This document shows positions 10,308 through 20,600 of a stretch of DNA of 64,000 nucleotides, in pieces. The position numbers were made by a program, and so were the translations under genes. This stretch comes from Limisphaerales bacterium (GTDB lineage Bacteria; Verrucomicrobiota; Verrucomicrobiia; Limisphaerales; Palsa-1400): the NCBI GenBank assembly GCA_052325505.1, contig JBKQUS010000141.1, positions 6,509 through 70,508 of the forward strand, read 5' to 3'. A model generated the notes under the pieces. The model was not told the origin of the DNA. It saw nothing but the letters and a program-made list of their open reading frames with translations, and made no database searches. How positions within the stretch are numbered: the stretch's first letter is position 1; each line of letters begins with the position of its first letter.

Positions 10308-11180
10308 TCACCAGTAGAAGTACGGACCGGCTGGAGGGGTGCGGTCAATCATCTGTTTGAGGGGGCGCCATTCCACATGGCCATCGATCATCCCCATATT
10401 TCCTCCAGAGGGAAGCGTTGAACTCCCCATGTGCGCGCTAATATGAGGCTTGATATAACCGCCCTCAACGGCAGTCCAATTGTATCTCGGGTAGTTAGTA
10501 CCGCCGACGGAGTCGCTGCAGAGCGTAGCGCAAGCCACCAAGACGCGTTTGGCCACCGGTCCCACTGGAAAGGACGCCAGGCTCGCATTCAAAACAAATG
10601 ACTCGCTCAACTTGATGTTTTCGTTCGTCATATAAGAAGTATATGTTGAATTGGAATACATCGCCGTGCCATAAAAAGTCTGGGCGTATCCTATAACTCG
10701 GATACCGCTATTCCCAGCCGTCGCGCCTGGATCGGGCCAGGTGGGAAATACGCCATTTTCTGCCTCGAAACACCACAAGGCCCGGTGTTGCGCCGCATCC
10801 ACATATTCATAGCCACCAGTGTTATATAGCGGGTTGCCAAACCAGTCTATGGGGCCAAATCGAGGTGCTGTTCCTGGGTCATACCAGACCTGCGGCGCCG
10901 CTCCATAGGCTGTCACGCAGTTTGCGAGATAGGCATCCATATCCCAAGCCCAGAAGCCGTCCTTGCCATCGGGGAGATAATCCTTGCTGTCGTTTGCGTA
11001 CATGCTCAGTGCCACAATTTGCTGATGTTCATTGTTCTTGCACTGGGTGATTATCGCAGTTTGCTTGGCCTTGGACAGGGCAGGCAGAAGCATGGCAGCT
11101 AGGATGGCGATGATGGCAATCACCACCAGCAATTCGATGAGAGTAAACGCCTGAGGATTTTTTTGTGATGAGTATGTCAT
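10308..11180 (-). CDS. Prepilin-type N-terminal cleavage/methylation-domain protein (DUF1559 / H-X9-DG-like family)
   Basis: The N-terminus [29 protein letters not shown] is a canonical type IV pilin-like methylation motif. The C-terminal [15 protein letters not shown] resembles the conserved ..DG(H/S)V.. tail of the PVC prepilin-like family, although the His spacing is not canonical. Its ATG (11178-11180) overlaps the upstream regulator's TGA (11177-11179). Confidence 0.75.
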   Translation of the reverse strand: MTYSSQKNPQAFTLIELLVVIAIIAILAAMLLPALSKAKQTAIITQCKNNEHQQIVALSMYANDSKDYLPDGKDGFWAWDMDAYLANCVTAYGAAPQVWYDPGTAPRFGPIDWFGNPLYNTGGYEYVDAAQHRALWCFEAENGVFPTWPDPGATAGNSGIRVIGYAQTFYGTAMYSNSTYTSYMTNENIKLSESFVLNASLASFPVGPVAKRVLVACATLCSDSVGGTNYPRYNWTAVEGGYIKPHISAHMGSSTLPSGGNMGMIDGHVEWRPLKQMIDRTPPAGPYFYW

Positions 11181-12493
11181 ACTAAAAGAGAAATGGCTGG
11201 CTTTGACTGGTCCAACATTCCGGGCGCATTACAGTGATCATGCCTTGGAGGATAACATTCGGGCGGATATCCATCAACGCCACTTTGCGTAAAAGAATCA
11301 CCAGATTGCGGCGACGGTGGCTGCGTTGAGTATCCCGCATAGGCTTTGCGGTAGGCCAGCGGAGTCATTTTTTTGACCGAGCTGAAATAACGCGCAAAAT
11401 GCTGCACATCACCAAAGCCAAGGGTCTCGGCAATTTCACGGACGGGCAGGTGCGTCTCCACCAGCAGTTGGGCCATCTTGTCCGTGTGAATGCGCCGGAT
11501 CTCATCTAGCACTGAACAGCCCAACTCGCGCCTAAATCGCTTCTCCAAAAGACGCCGCGAGACTCCGGCGTTTTGGGCCACGACCGCCACAGTCAAATCC
11601 TCCTTGCGCGAGACGCCGCGGATGTAGCGCAGCGCCTTGGCGACACTCTTGTCCTCCACCGCCACAACATCGGTGGAGCGGCGGACGACAATATGCGTTG
11701 GATAGACCACGATTCGAGCCGGAACGGGCTGTGTGCCTTTCATCAAGCAATCCAAGGCGGATGCCGCTTCATAGCCGGCGCGTTCGAAATTGACGGCAAC
11801 ACTGGACAGCGGTGGGTCGGAGAGTCCGCAGACCACCTCATCATTGTCCACGCCGATGATTCCCACCTCCGACGGAACTGATATTCCGGCAACCTTGCAG
11901 GCTTCGCCAACCTGCCTGGCCCGGTCATCGTTGGCGGCCATTAGACCGAGCGGCTTCGGCAGTGACTGCAACCAGCGTGCCATCAGACCGCATTCCCGCA
12001 ACCAGGACAAATGGCTGGACGCCGGCGGGATGGGGAAGTTTGCACAGGACCAGCCAGCTTGGCGGATGCGTTCGGTGAAAGATTGGCGGCGAAGTTCGGA
12101 CCATGGAGCATTCTCCTCAATGGAGGCCCGGCATCCGCAGTAGGCGAATTTTTTGAATCCGCAGGCCAAAAGGTGCTCTGCCGCCATCTGGCCAATCTTT
12201 TCGGAGTCTGTCACCACGTTCAATAAACACGCGACCTCATCCCGGCCGTGTCCAATGACCACCGCCGGGAGGCCGAAGCCCAGCACCTCTTTCAGCTTAT
12301 CCACGTCGCGCAGGATAATGCCATCGAGTTCCAGCGTTTTCAGCTTGGGCCACACTTTCTCCAGCCCGCCTGGCTCCCAATAGAAGGACCAAGGGCCCCG
12401 GTGACGCACATAATGCGCTATGCCCCGCAGCAAGGATCGTCCCGATCCTCGCGACGACTCGATAACAAGGAGAACTTTCGGTATTCTCGACAT
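11177..12493 (-). CDS. XylR-like regulator: periplasmic-binding-protein-like sugar-sensor domain + AraC-type HTH
   Basis: I prefer the ATG at 12491-12493 ([41 protein letters not shown]), which is the typical XylR-type N-terminus. The AraC HTH region is [80 protein letters not shown] ~50-aa low-complexity C-terminal tail follows. Confidence 0.75.
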   Translation of the reverse strand: MSRIPKVLLVIESSRGSGRSLLRGIAHYVRHRGPWSFYWEPGGLEKVWPKLKTLELDGIILRDVDKLKEVLGFGLPAVVIGHGRDEVACLLNVVTDSEKIGQMAAEHLLACGFKKFAYCGCRASIEENAPWSELRRQSFTERIRQAGWSCANFPIPPASSHLSWLRECGLMARWLQSLPKPLGLMAANDDRARQVGEACKVAGISVPSEVGIIGVDNDEVVCGLSDPPLSSVAVNFERAGYEAASALDCLMKGTQPVPARIVVYPTHIVVRRSTDVVAVEDKSVAKALRYIRGVSRKEDLTVAVVAQNAGVSRRLLEKRFRRELGCSVLDEIRRIHTDKMAQLLVETHLPVREIAETLGFGDVQHFARYFSSVKKMTPLAYRKAYAGYSTQPPSPQSGDSFTQSGVDGYPPECYPPRHDHCNAPGMLDQSKPAISLLV

Positions 12494-12585
12494 ATCAGTT
12501 CTATCTCTAAATGCGCCAAATATCGCCAAAACCCGACATTTACCCTGCCTGAGCCGTCGCACCGATAGATCATAAAGCGTTGGGC

Positions 12586-12605
12586 CGTAAGCGCTTACGT
12601 TTTTT
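12586..12605 (+). promoter_or_regulatory. Perfect 14-nt palindrome CGTAAGCGCTTACG followed by T6 (operator candidate or orphan terminator-like hairpin)
   Basis: Read directly from the sequence. It lies 93 nt upstream of the XylR-like ATG, in the 585-bp divergent intergenic region between that gene and purM. Confidence 0.3.
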
Positions 12606-12730
12606 CAGGTTTCTCGACGTTGTCGATGGATTAAAACGCGGCTAACGCCACCCCGATTGCGGCCCCGAAGGATGGGTGAGTATGGGGTTATAGGCTGGCG
12701 ACCATTCGGGAAGCAGCCGCCCGGAAGGAA

Positions 12731-12810
12731 TGTAACGGGTCCGTAGCGGCCTTGTTGCTCCTTTTGTTACGGTTTAGGTCATTGTCTATCAATGTAACGG
12801 ATTGTTACGG
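12731..12810 (+). promoter_or_regulatory. Four same-orientation copies of TGT(A/T)ACGG (candidate regulator binding sites)
   Basis: TGTAACGG at 12731 and 12793; TGTTACGG at 12765 and 12803. The last two copies are exactly 10 bp apart. No function is demonstrated. Confidence 0.25.
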
Positions 12811-13077
12811 CTCCAGACCCCTGCTCGCCTCGCCCCCCAGCAGCGTCGCCCCACCAGGTCCGGTGGCGCTTCGGAAATTTCTCTGATTTCTCGAAAAATT
12901 CTCGAGCGTATATACCAGCACCATCTTCGGAAGTTCATCATTCCGGCTAATTCAGGGTGATTCGGTAATTCGTGCTGAATCGTGCCAAAAAATGAAAAGA
13001 GTACTTCGGACCCAAATCAAAGGATGCCCACTCGTTCCTTGTCACCTTAAAGCCGGGCAGGTAACTTGCGCGCCGCA

Positions 13078-14112
13078 ATGAAACAAAAAGCTTACGCTGC
13101 TGCCGGTGTCGATATTGACCTCGGAAACCAGGTCAAGGCCGGTTTGCCCCGGTTGCTGGCGTCCACCCATCGCCGTGAGGTGCTCGGCAAGGTTGGCGGG
13201 TTCGGCGGGTTGTTTGCGCTCGACACCAAAAAGTTCCGGCAACCGGTGCTGGTTTCCAGCACGGATGGCGTGGGGACCAAGCTCAAAATCGCCTTCGCCA
13301 TGGACCGCCATGACACTGTCGGCCAGGACCTGGTCAACCATTGCGTCAATGACGTCGCGGTCCTCGGGGCGGAACCGCTTTTCTTTTTGGATTATATCGG
13401 CACGGGAAAGTTGCAGCCGCGCGTCTTTACCGAATTGATCAGCGGCTTTGCGCGCGCTTGCGCGGAGAATCATTGCGCGCTCATCGGCGGCGAAACGGCG
13501 CAAATGCCCGGCTTTTACCGCCCCGGCGAATACGACTTGAGCGGAACGATTGTCGGGGTGGTGGAGAAATCCCGCCTCCTGGACGGCCGGGGCATCAAAC
13601 CGGGAGACGCCGTGATCGGCCTGGCTTCCAGCGGCCTGCATACGAATGGATATTCACTGGCGCGAAAAATCTTTTTCGGAAAAATGAAGCTTAAACCGCG
13701 CACATTCGTCCCGGAGCTGGGCGGCACAATCGGGGATGAGTTGCTGAAAGTGCATGTCAGTTACGGGCCGCTGGTACGGAAACTCTTGCAGAAAGGCTCC
13801 CTGGTCAAGGGCCTGGCCCACATCACCGGCGGCGGGTTCACGGACAACATTCCTCGCGTGCTGCCGAAAAAATGCGATGTTGTTATCCATAAGGGATCGT
13901 GGGATGTTCCGCCTATCTTTCGATTGATAGAGGGCAGGGGAGGGGTGGAGGAAAGCGAGCTTTACCACGTTTTTAACATGGGCATCGGCATGACCGTGAT
14001 CGTGCCTTGGGACAAGGCGGACGCAACGCTCCGCTTTATCCGCGCGCAAAAGCAGCCGGCATGGCTCATTGGCGAAGTGGCGCGGGGCACCGGCAAAGTC
14101 AGGATGGTCTGA
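13078..14112 (+). CDS. purM: Phosphoribosylformylglycinamidine cyclo-ligase (AIR synthetase)
   Basis: I prefer the ATG at 13078 over the TTG at 13066. The N-terminus is MKQKAYAAAGVDIDLGN..., with GGFGGLF, STDGVGTKLKIA and HITGGGF motifs along the full length. Confidence 0.92.
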   Translation: MKQKAYAAAGVDIDLGNQVKAGLPRLLASTHRREVLGKVGGFGGLFALDTKKFRQPVLVSSTDGVGTKLKIAFAMDRHDTVGQDLVNHCVNDVAVLGAEPLFFLDYIGTGKLQPRVFTELISGFARACAENHCALIGGETAQMPGFYRPGEYDLSGTIVGVVEKSRLLDGRGIKPGDAVIGLASSGLHTNGYSLARKIFFGKMKLKPRTFVPELGGTIGDELLKVHVSYGPLVRKLLQKGSLVKGLAHITGGGFTDNIPRVLPKKCDVVIHKGSWDVPPIFRLIEGRGGVEESELYHVFNMGIGMTVIVPWDKADATLRFIRAQKQPAWLIGEVARGTGKVRMV

Positions 14113-14126
14113 AATTACTATCACGC

Positions 14127-15407
14127 ATGAACATTCTTGAAGAATTGGAATGGCGCGGATTGGTGGCGGATTGCACGGACAAGCCGGCTTTGCTTACACG
14201 CCTCGACGAGGGGCCTATCACGCTTTATGCCGGATTTGATCCCACTTCGGATAGCCTGCACGTCGGCAATTTGGTGCCGTTGCTGGCCTTGCGGCGGTTT
14301 CAACAGCACGGCCATCATCCCATTGTGGTGGCGGGCGGCGCCACCGGTTTGGTCGGCGACCCGAGCGGCAAGACCGCCGAACGCCAGCTTTTGACCCGGG
14401 AGATTTTGGACTCGAACATCAAAGCCGTTAAGGAGCAATTGCGCCGCTGGCTTGACTTTGACAGCAAAACCAATCCCGCCCGCCTGATGGACAATGCGGA
14501 TTGGATCGGGCCGGTCAGCTTTCTGGATTTTCTGCGCGACACGGGCAAGCATTTTTCCGTCAACCAAATGGTGGCCAAGGAAAGCGTGCGGGCGCGCATG
14601 GACGACCGCGAGTCGGGCATCAGTTACACCGAATTCAGCTACATGCTATTGCAGGCTTTCGACTTTTTCCATCTGCGCGAGGCTTGCAACTGCGAATTGC
14701 AAATCGGCGGCTCCGACCAATGGGGCAACATAACCGCCGGAATGGATTTGACCCGGAAGAAACTGGGCGCGCATGTCTTCGGCCTCACCCTGCCGCTCAT
14801 TCTCAACAGCGACGGCACGAAATTCGGCAAGACCGCCGCCGGGGCCATCTGGGTGGACCCGCGCAAAACCAGCGTCTATCGCTTCTACCAATTCTGGATC
14901 CGCGCCGACGACCGCGACGTGGTGCGCTACTTGAATCTTTTCACTTTTCTCGGCAAAGACGAGATCGCCGCCCTGGCCGCGGAGCATCAGGCCCGGCCCG
15001 AGGCGCGCGCCGCCCACAAGGCCCTGGGCAGGGCAATGACCGATCTGGTGCACGGTCCGAGCGCCACTGGTGAGGCTGTGCGCGCCAGCGAAATTCTGTT
15101 CGGGGGCGGCTTGGACGGCATTGCCGAGAGCACCTTCAACGAGATTGTCGGGGAAGTTCCAACGCGCGATTTGGAGCGCAGCAAGCTTGAAGGTGTGGGC
15201 GCGCCGCTGACCGAGACGCTGGTCCTTGCTGGCCTCTGTCCATCAAAAGGCCAGGCGCGAAAGGACATCGAGGGCGGTGGCGTCTATATCAACAACGTGC
15301 GTGAAGCCAACTCCCAGCGCAATCTGACGGCGGCTGATCTGCTTTTTGGCAGGCACTTGCTGTTGCGCAAGGGAAAACGCAATTACGTCGTGCTAACCGC
15401 GAAATAG
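14127..15407 (+). CDS. tyrS: Tyrosine--tRNA ligase
   Basis: The ATG at 14127 (MNILEELEWRGL...) lies 14 nt after the purM stop. The track's longer ORF from 14007 would overlap purM. The HIGH-type motif is SLHVGNLVPL, the KMSKS-type motif is TKFGKTAAG, and there is a C-terminal S4-like domain. Confidence 0.92.
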   Translation: MNILEELEWRGLVADCTDKPALLTRLDEGPITLYAGFDPTSDSLHVGNLVPLLALRRFQQHGHHPIVVAGGATGLVGDPSGKTAERQLLTREILDSNIKAVKEQLRRWLDFDSKTNPARLMDNADWIGPVSFLDFLRDTGKHFSVNQMVAKESVRARMDDRESGISYTEFSYMLLQAFDFFHLREACNCELQIGGSDQWGNITAGMDLTRKKLGAHVFGLTLPLILNSDGTKFGKTAAGAIWVDPRKTSVYRFYQFWIRADDRDVVRYLNLFTFLGKDEIAALAAEHQARPEARAAHKALGRAMTDLVHGPSATGEAVRASEILFGGGLDGIAESTFNEIVGEVPTRDLERSKLEGVGAPLTETLVLAGLCPSKGQARKDIEGGGVYINNVREANSQRNLTAADLLFGRHLLLRKGKRNYVVLTAK

Positions 15408-15422
15408 CGGTAATATCCGATA

Positions 15423-16586
15423 ATGATCACACATCATTGCATGGGACTTGGCTTGGCGGCGTGTCTCGTTGCCCTTATGACGGCCTTGTCGGCGGCCAAA
15501 TCATTTGCGCAGCCCGATCAAACGGAATTGGTCTTCGTCGGTTCCGGGCACAGGAACATTTCCGTTTTCCGGCTGAATTTGACCACGGGGGCGCTCAGCC
15601 CCATCGGCGAGGTCGCCCAAGTGGAGGCGCCTTCTTTTCTGGCCATTTCTCCGAACCGGCGGAATCTTTACACGGTCAGCGAGGGCCGGGGCAAGGACAA
15701 CAGTTTTATCAGCGCCTTCCTGATTGATCCGGATACCGGGAAACTGGCGTTTCTCAATCGGCAGCCGTCGGGCGGCGCCGGGCCTTGCTACGTTGAGGTG
15801 GATCCGGGCGGCCTGAACGTTTTGGCGGCCAACTACGGCAGCGGCAGCGTCTCGGCATTTCATCTTGACAAAGGCGGCGCGCTTGGCCCGATGTCGGCCT
15901 TTGTCCAGGACCAAGGCTCGAGCGTCAATCCCCAACGCCAGGCGGGGCCGCACGCTCATTGCATTGTCACGGCTCCCGACGGCCGGTTCGCCTTTGTTTG
16001 CGATCTTGGCCTTGACAAGGTGCTGTCCTTCAAACTCGACCCGTCCACGGGATTGCTGGTGGCCAATGATCCCCCATTCGCCACGGTGAAGCCGGGCGCC
16101 GGTCCACGCCATATCGCCTTTCACCCCAACGGCCTCTACGCCTTTGTCATCAACGAAATGGCCTCCACTTTGACCGTCTTTGCCTACGACAAGGGCAGGG
16201 GCGTTCTGAGCGAAATCGAGGACCAGCCTCTTTTGCCCAACGATTTCAAGGGCCAGAATACCGCGGCGGAGGTGGCGGTCCATCCTTCGGGGAGATTTGT
16301 CTATGCCTCCAACCGCGGCGACGACAGCATTGTGGCCTTTGCCTGCGACCCGGACACGGGCCGGCTGACCTTCATTGAGCGCTGTTCCAGCGGAGGGAAG
16401 ACGCCGCGGCATTTTGAAATTGAACCCTCCGGGGCCTTTTTATTGGCGGCCAACCAAAACTCCGGCACGATCAACGTTTTCCGCATTGATGCAAAGACCG
16501 GACGTTTGCAGCCGACGGGAAACAAAGCTGTGGCAGACATGCCCATGTGCGTGAAGTGCCTGAGAATGGCACGGTATGGGCGTTAA
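15423..16586 (+). CDS. Lactonase-family seven-bladed beta-propeller protein (YbhE/6-phosphogluconolactonase-like), secreted
   Basis: 387 aa with a signal peptide (LAACLVALMTALSAAKSFA). Repeated blades contain GAGPCYVEVDPGG, GPHAHCIVTAPDGRF, GAGPRHIAFHPNGLY, HPSGRFVYASNRG and TPRHFEIEPSGAF. Confidence 0.75.
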   Translation: MITHHCMGLGLAACLVALMTALSAAKSFAQPDQTELVFVGSGHRNISVFRLNLTTGALSPIGEVAQVEAPSFLAISPNRRNLYTVSEGRGKDNSFISAFLIDPDTGKLAFLNRQPSGGAGPCYVEVDPGGLNVLAANYGSGSVSAFHLDKGGALGPMSAFVQDQGSSVNPQRQAGPHAHCIVTAPDGRFAFVCDLGLDKVLSFKLDPSTGLLVANDPPFATVKPGAGPRHIAFHPNGLYAFVINEMASTLTVFAYDKGRGVLSEIEDQPLLPNDFKGQNTAAEVAVHPSGRFVYASNRGDDSIVAFACDPDTGRLTFIERCSSGGKTPRHFEIEPSGAFLLAANQNSGTINVFRIDAKTGRLQPTGNKAVADMPMCVKCLRMARYGR

Positions 16587-16651
16587 TGAATTTGGTACGC
16601 CAGTGCAGGCCCGAGTTTGCGAGCAACCGGGCTTTAAGCTAAGTTCGCTGT

Positions 16652-17275
16652 ATGAGGATTGGCACAGCCATTTATTTCACGCTGCTTCTGCTCATCGCCG
16701 TTGGGTTGAAGGCTGATCAGGTCCAAATGCAGAATGGCGATCGCTACGCTGGCAAGGTGCTTTCCATGACGGCTAACGCTGTTGTCCTGCAAAGCGATGT
16801 GCTGGGCAGGATCACCCTGCCGCGCGGCAAGGTGGCTGCGATCAACCTCGGCGCAATCGCGACATCGCCCGTTGTCCAGCCGCTGGTGGCCCGTGCCACC
16901 AACCAGACCGGGGCCGCTTCGCTCGTGCTGACCAACGCCAACCCCGACATTGCGGCCGCCTTGCGGCAACTGGGTGGGAACACCAATTTCATCGAGCAAA
17001 TCCGCAAACAATTCCTGAGCGAGGCCGGCCCGGAAGCGAACGACAAATTTGACGAGATGGTGGCCGGATTGATGAGCGGCAAAATCGACATGAACAGCCT
17101 GCGCGCCCAGGCCAAAGCCGCCGCCGACCAGATCAGGGCGCTGAAGAGCCAGGGCGACGTGGGCGAGCCGCCGGATTCCTATCTGGCTATACTTGACAAC
17201 TTTCTGAAACAGACCGTGCCGCCCGCCCCCGCGCCGCCCACCAATCGCATTCCGAACGCGCCTGTCATCCGATAA
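16652..17275 (+). CDS. Hypothetical secreted protein
   Basis: 207 aa with signal peptide MRIGTAIYFTLLLLIAVGLKA. Coding-like composition, a Pro-rich tail, and no family that I recognise. Confidence 0.5.
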   Translation: MRIGTAIYFTLLLLIAVGLKADQVQMQNGDRYAGKVLSMTANAVVLQSDVLGRITLPRGKVAAINLGAIATSPVVQPLVARATNQTGAASLVLTNANPDIAAALRQLGGNTNFIEQIRKQFLSEAGPEANDKFDEMVAGLMSGKIDMNSLRAQAKAAADQIRALKSQGDVGEPPDSYLAILDNFLKQTVPPAPAPPTNRIPNAPVIR

Positions 17276-17353
17276 GATCCGATGACCCTTTTCCTCATCC
17301 CCGCTCTCATAGAATCCTCCTGGGCCATTCCAGAGCATCGGTCATGCTACAGC

Positions 17354-17578
17354 GGCCGTGGCGTAAACTTGGAGGCGGGTTCAGGCTGGCGGTGTGCAAA
17401 TCACAAAGCCGGCGCCAAGAGCATTCCTCCGGGATGACTCAACAGCAGCCAGCTTCGATTGGTGGTTGGCGATGGCATGGCTTGGAAGCTATGTGCCTTG
17501 CCTGCTACAGAAAGCGTGGTTCTTTGCTAGCATTTGCCCAATCATCCATGAGGTAAATTTATCGTCAGTTATTAGCTT
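17354..17578. repeat. Direct-repeat copy 1 (~225 bp; partner at 29750-29975)
   Basis: By-eye alignment: a 108-nt core (17373-17480 vs 29771-29878) matches at 92/108, and the flanking segments match at roughly 75%, including identical ATGTGCCTTG, ACAGAAAGCG and ATGAGGTAAATTTATC blocks. Confidence 0.8.
17401..17478 (-). pseudogene. Truncated 5' remnant of a paralog of the 28710..29876 gene
   Basis: The minus-strand ATG at 17476-17478 gives MPSPTTNRSWLLLSHPGGMLLAPAL then a stop. The intact gene starts MSSPTTNRSWLLLILAGGVLLALALWVAHRQ... Similarity is lost beyond ~17354. Confidence 0.6.
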
Positions 17579-17631
17579 GCATTATTTTCTTAAAACCCAT
17601 ACAAAGCCTCAAATCGATTTCTTCCCGGCGG

Positions 17632-20600
17632 ATGGAGTCCGTTGTGAAGAAATGCCTGTGGATGAATTTGGAGGCAACGATGTTGCTGTGGGACTTGCCA
17701 TGCCGGCTTGAAGCCGTGTTGAAGAAAAAGCGCTTGGTGCTGCTGGTGGCGAGTTTTAGCCTCTTGAGCCTGCCGGCGGCGGCGCAATCCATCTATTCCG
17801 AAGCCTACACCTTCACCACTTTCGCTGGAAAAGCCCTGGGTGGCAGCGCCGACGGCGCGGGAACCGATGCGCAATTTGACGATCCAGAGGGTGTTGCGGT
17901 GGACAACGCAGGCAACGTCTATGTGGCGGACTCGGGGAACTGCACAATTCGGAAGATCACATCGGCGGGGGAAGTAAGCACCATTGCCGGATTTGCCTGG
18001 ACTGGCGGCAGCGCTGACGGCACTAACAGCGCCGCTCGGTTTTACTATCCCGGGGGCGTGGCGGTGGACAGCGCGGGCAATGTCTATGTGGCGGACTCGG
18101 GGAACTGCACGATTCGGAAGATGACGCCGGTTGGCACCAATTGGGTGGTCAGCACCATTGCCGGACTGGCAGACAATCCCGGCACCACTGACGGCACCAA
18201 CAGCGACGCGCGGTTTGGTGCGCCTAATGGCGTGGCCGTGGACAGCGCAGGCAACCTCTATGTGGGGGACTGGAACTACTTCACGATCCGGAAGATCACG
18301 CCGGTTGGCACCAATTGGGTGGTGAGCACCATTGCCGGATCGGCAGGCAATTCCGGCACCAATGACGGTACCAACAGCGATGCGCGGTTTTACCATCCCG
18401 AGGGCGTGGCGGTGGACACCCATGGCAATGTCTATGTGGCGGACTCGTGGAACTACACGATTCGGAAGATCACGCCGGTTGGCAGCAATTGGGTGGTCAG
18501 CACCATTGCCGGGCAGGCCGGGCAGGGGCACTACGGCTCTAGTAACGGCGTGGGCACCAACGCGCAGTTTAGCTTTCCGAATGGCATTGCGCTGGACGCC
18601 AACGGCAACCTCTATGTGGGGGACTATTACAACTCCACGATCCGGAAGATCACGCCCATCGGCACCAATTGGGTGGTCAGCACCTTTGCCGGGCAGGCCG
18701 GGATCGAAGGCTATAATGACGGCACGGGCACCAACGCGATTTTTAATTTACCCAATGGGACAGCGGTGGACACCAATGGCAACGTCTATGTGGCAGACGC
18801 AAACAACGACACGATTCGGATGATCACTCCCTTGGAAGTGGTGAGCACAATGGCGGGATCGGGGCCTGACAGCGAAGGTAGCGTGAACGGCACGGGCAGC
18901 GACGCGCGGTTTGATTTTCCGCTTGACGTGGCGGTGGACAGCGCGGGCAACGTCTATGTGGCGGATTCAGGCAACAATACGATTCGGAAGATCACCTCGC
19001 AGGGCGTAGTCAGCACCATTGCCGGATTGGCTGGAGCCACTGGCACCAATGACGGCGCGGGCAGTGATGCGCGGTTTTACTATCCCGAGGGCGTGGCGGT
19101 GGACAGCACTGGCAATGTCTATGTGGCTGACTCATATAACGCCACTATTCGCAAAGTGACCTCAGAAGGACTGGTGACGACACTCGCCGGGCTCTATGCC
19201 GGCACTAATGACGGCGCGGGAACCAATGCGCAATTTAACGGTCCTTCAGGCGTGGCGGTGGACAGCGCGGGCAACGTCTATGTGTCAGATACTGAGAATT
19301 ATACGATCCGGAAGATCACGCCAGTTGGCTCCAATTGGGTGGTTAGCACCATTGCCGGACTGGCAGGCATTCCCGGCACCAATGACGGCACCAACAGCGC
19401 CGCGCGGTTTAGTTATCCTTGCGACGTGGCAGTGGACAGCGCAGGCAACGTCTATGTATCAGATAATGGCAATAGTTTGGTACGGAAGATCACACCGGTT
19501 GGCACGAATTGGGTTGTCAGCACCATTGCCTGGCTCGCCGCGGCTTCCGTGGCGGTGGACAGAGCGGGCAACGTCTATGTGGCAAACTTCTACGGCGACG
19601 CGATTCAGAAGATCATCCCCGTTGGCACGAACTGGGTGGTGAGCACCATCGCTGGGGCGTGGGGAGTGGCGGGCAGTGCCGACGGAGCGGGCAGTGCCGC
19701 GATGTTTGACGGTCCTCAAGGTGTGGCGGTGGATGGCGCGGGCAACGTTTATGTGGCGGACACCGTCAACAATACAATCCGCAAGGGGGTCTTCACGCCA
19801 TACACCGCCGCCAACCCAGTGTCTGTCATCCAACCCGCCAACAATGCAACACTCGTGATCACTCTTTTCCCCCCCGACGCCAACGGACAATGGCGCTTCC
19901 CTTGGGAACTGGCCTGGCGCGCCAGCGGCACAGCCGCCACCAACCTTGTGCCGAACCAGAATTATACCGTCCAGTTCAGCCCGGTTCCCGGCTACCTGGC
20001 CATCCCGGTGCAGGAGACGATCTTTATCGCCGGTGGGACGAATTCTGTCACCGGCCAGTATTATCCCACCATTACGTCAGTTAACACGAGCAGCGGCGGG
20101 TCCCTGGAGGTCGTCTTCCAGGTCAACCCGCCCAGCGGGGCCGGTTGGAGGCTTTTGGGGGATACCAATGCCTTCCTTCCCTCCGGCTTTGCCACCAATC
20201 TTCTGCCGGGCAACTATCTCATCGAGTTCGCGGCGATCAGCAACTTCACCCAATTACCGATCCAGACTGTCCAGATCTCCGCCGGGTTGCCGACGGTGGT
20301 GCAGGAAATCTATCAAGGCTCGCAACCTGCGCCCACCGGGTTTCTCCTGCCCGAGCCGGTTCCATCCGGCGAGATCAGCGACACCAATTATCCCTATGGC
20401 TTCAATGGCCAACTGGAAACGGAAATCGGCTACGGCAGTGGCGTGGCAGTGGAGGGCAATGTGGTTTTGACGGCGGCGCACCTGGTCTTCAATGATCAGA
20501 CCCTGACGTATGTCAGTATGAGCAATGTTTGGTGGTATCCCCAAGAGGAAGCGCCGCAATTTGTGCCCTACCCGCAGCAAGCGCAAGGGACGCTCATCCT

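Noticed and set aside
12690-12745. SRP-RNA-like (GGAAGCAGCC, CCGGAAGGAA) and ZTP-riboswitch-like (CTGGCGA...GGGAA...CCGG) strings
   Set aside because: The order and pairing context do not fit SRP helix 8: there is no GNRA loop closed by the expected pairs. The 3' CCGCCUGGGC pseudoknot element of ZTP is also absent. I treat these as chance matches unless Infernal says otherwise.
14007-14126. N-terminal extension of tyrS in the ORF track
   Set aside because: It would overlap the purM 3' end by 106 nt. The internal ATG at 14127 gives the canonical TyrRS N-terminus.
14113-14126. A T-box or other leader upstream of tyrS
   Set aside because: Only 14 nt separate the purM stop from the tyrS start, which leaves no room for a riboswitch or T-box.
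17850-19790. Regularly spaced ~165-174-bp DNA repeats that could be mistaken for a CRISPR-like or satellite array
   Set aside because: The repeats are in frame within one long ORF and encode NHL blades. The period is far too long and there are no unique spacers.
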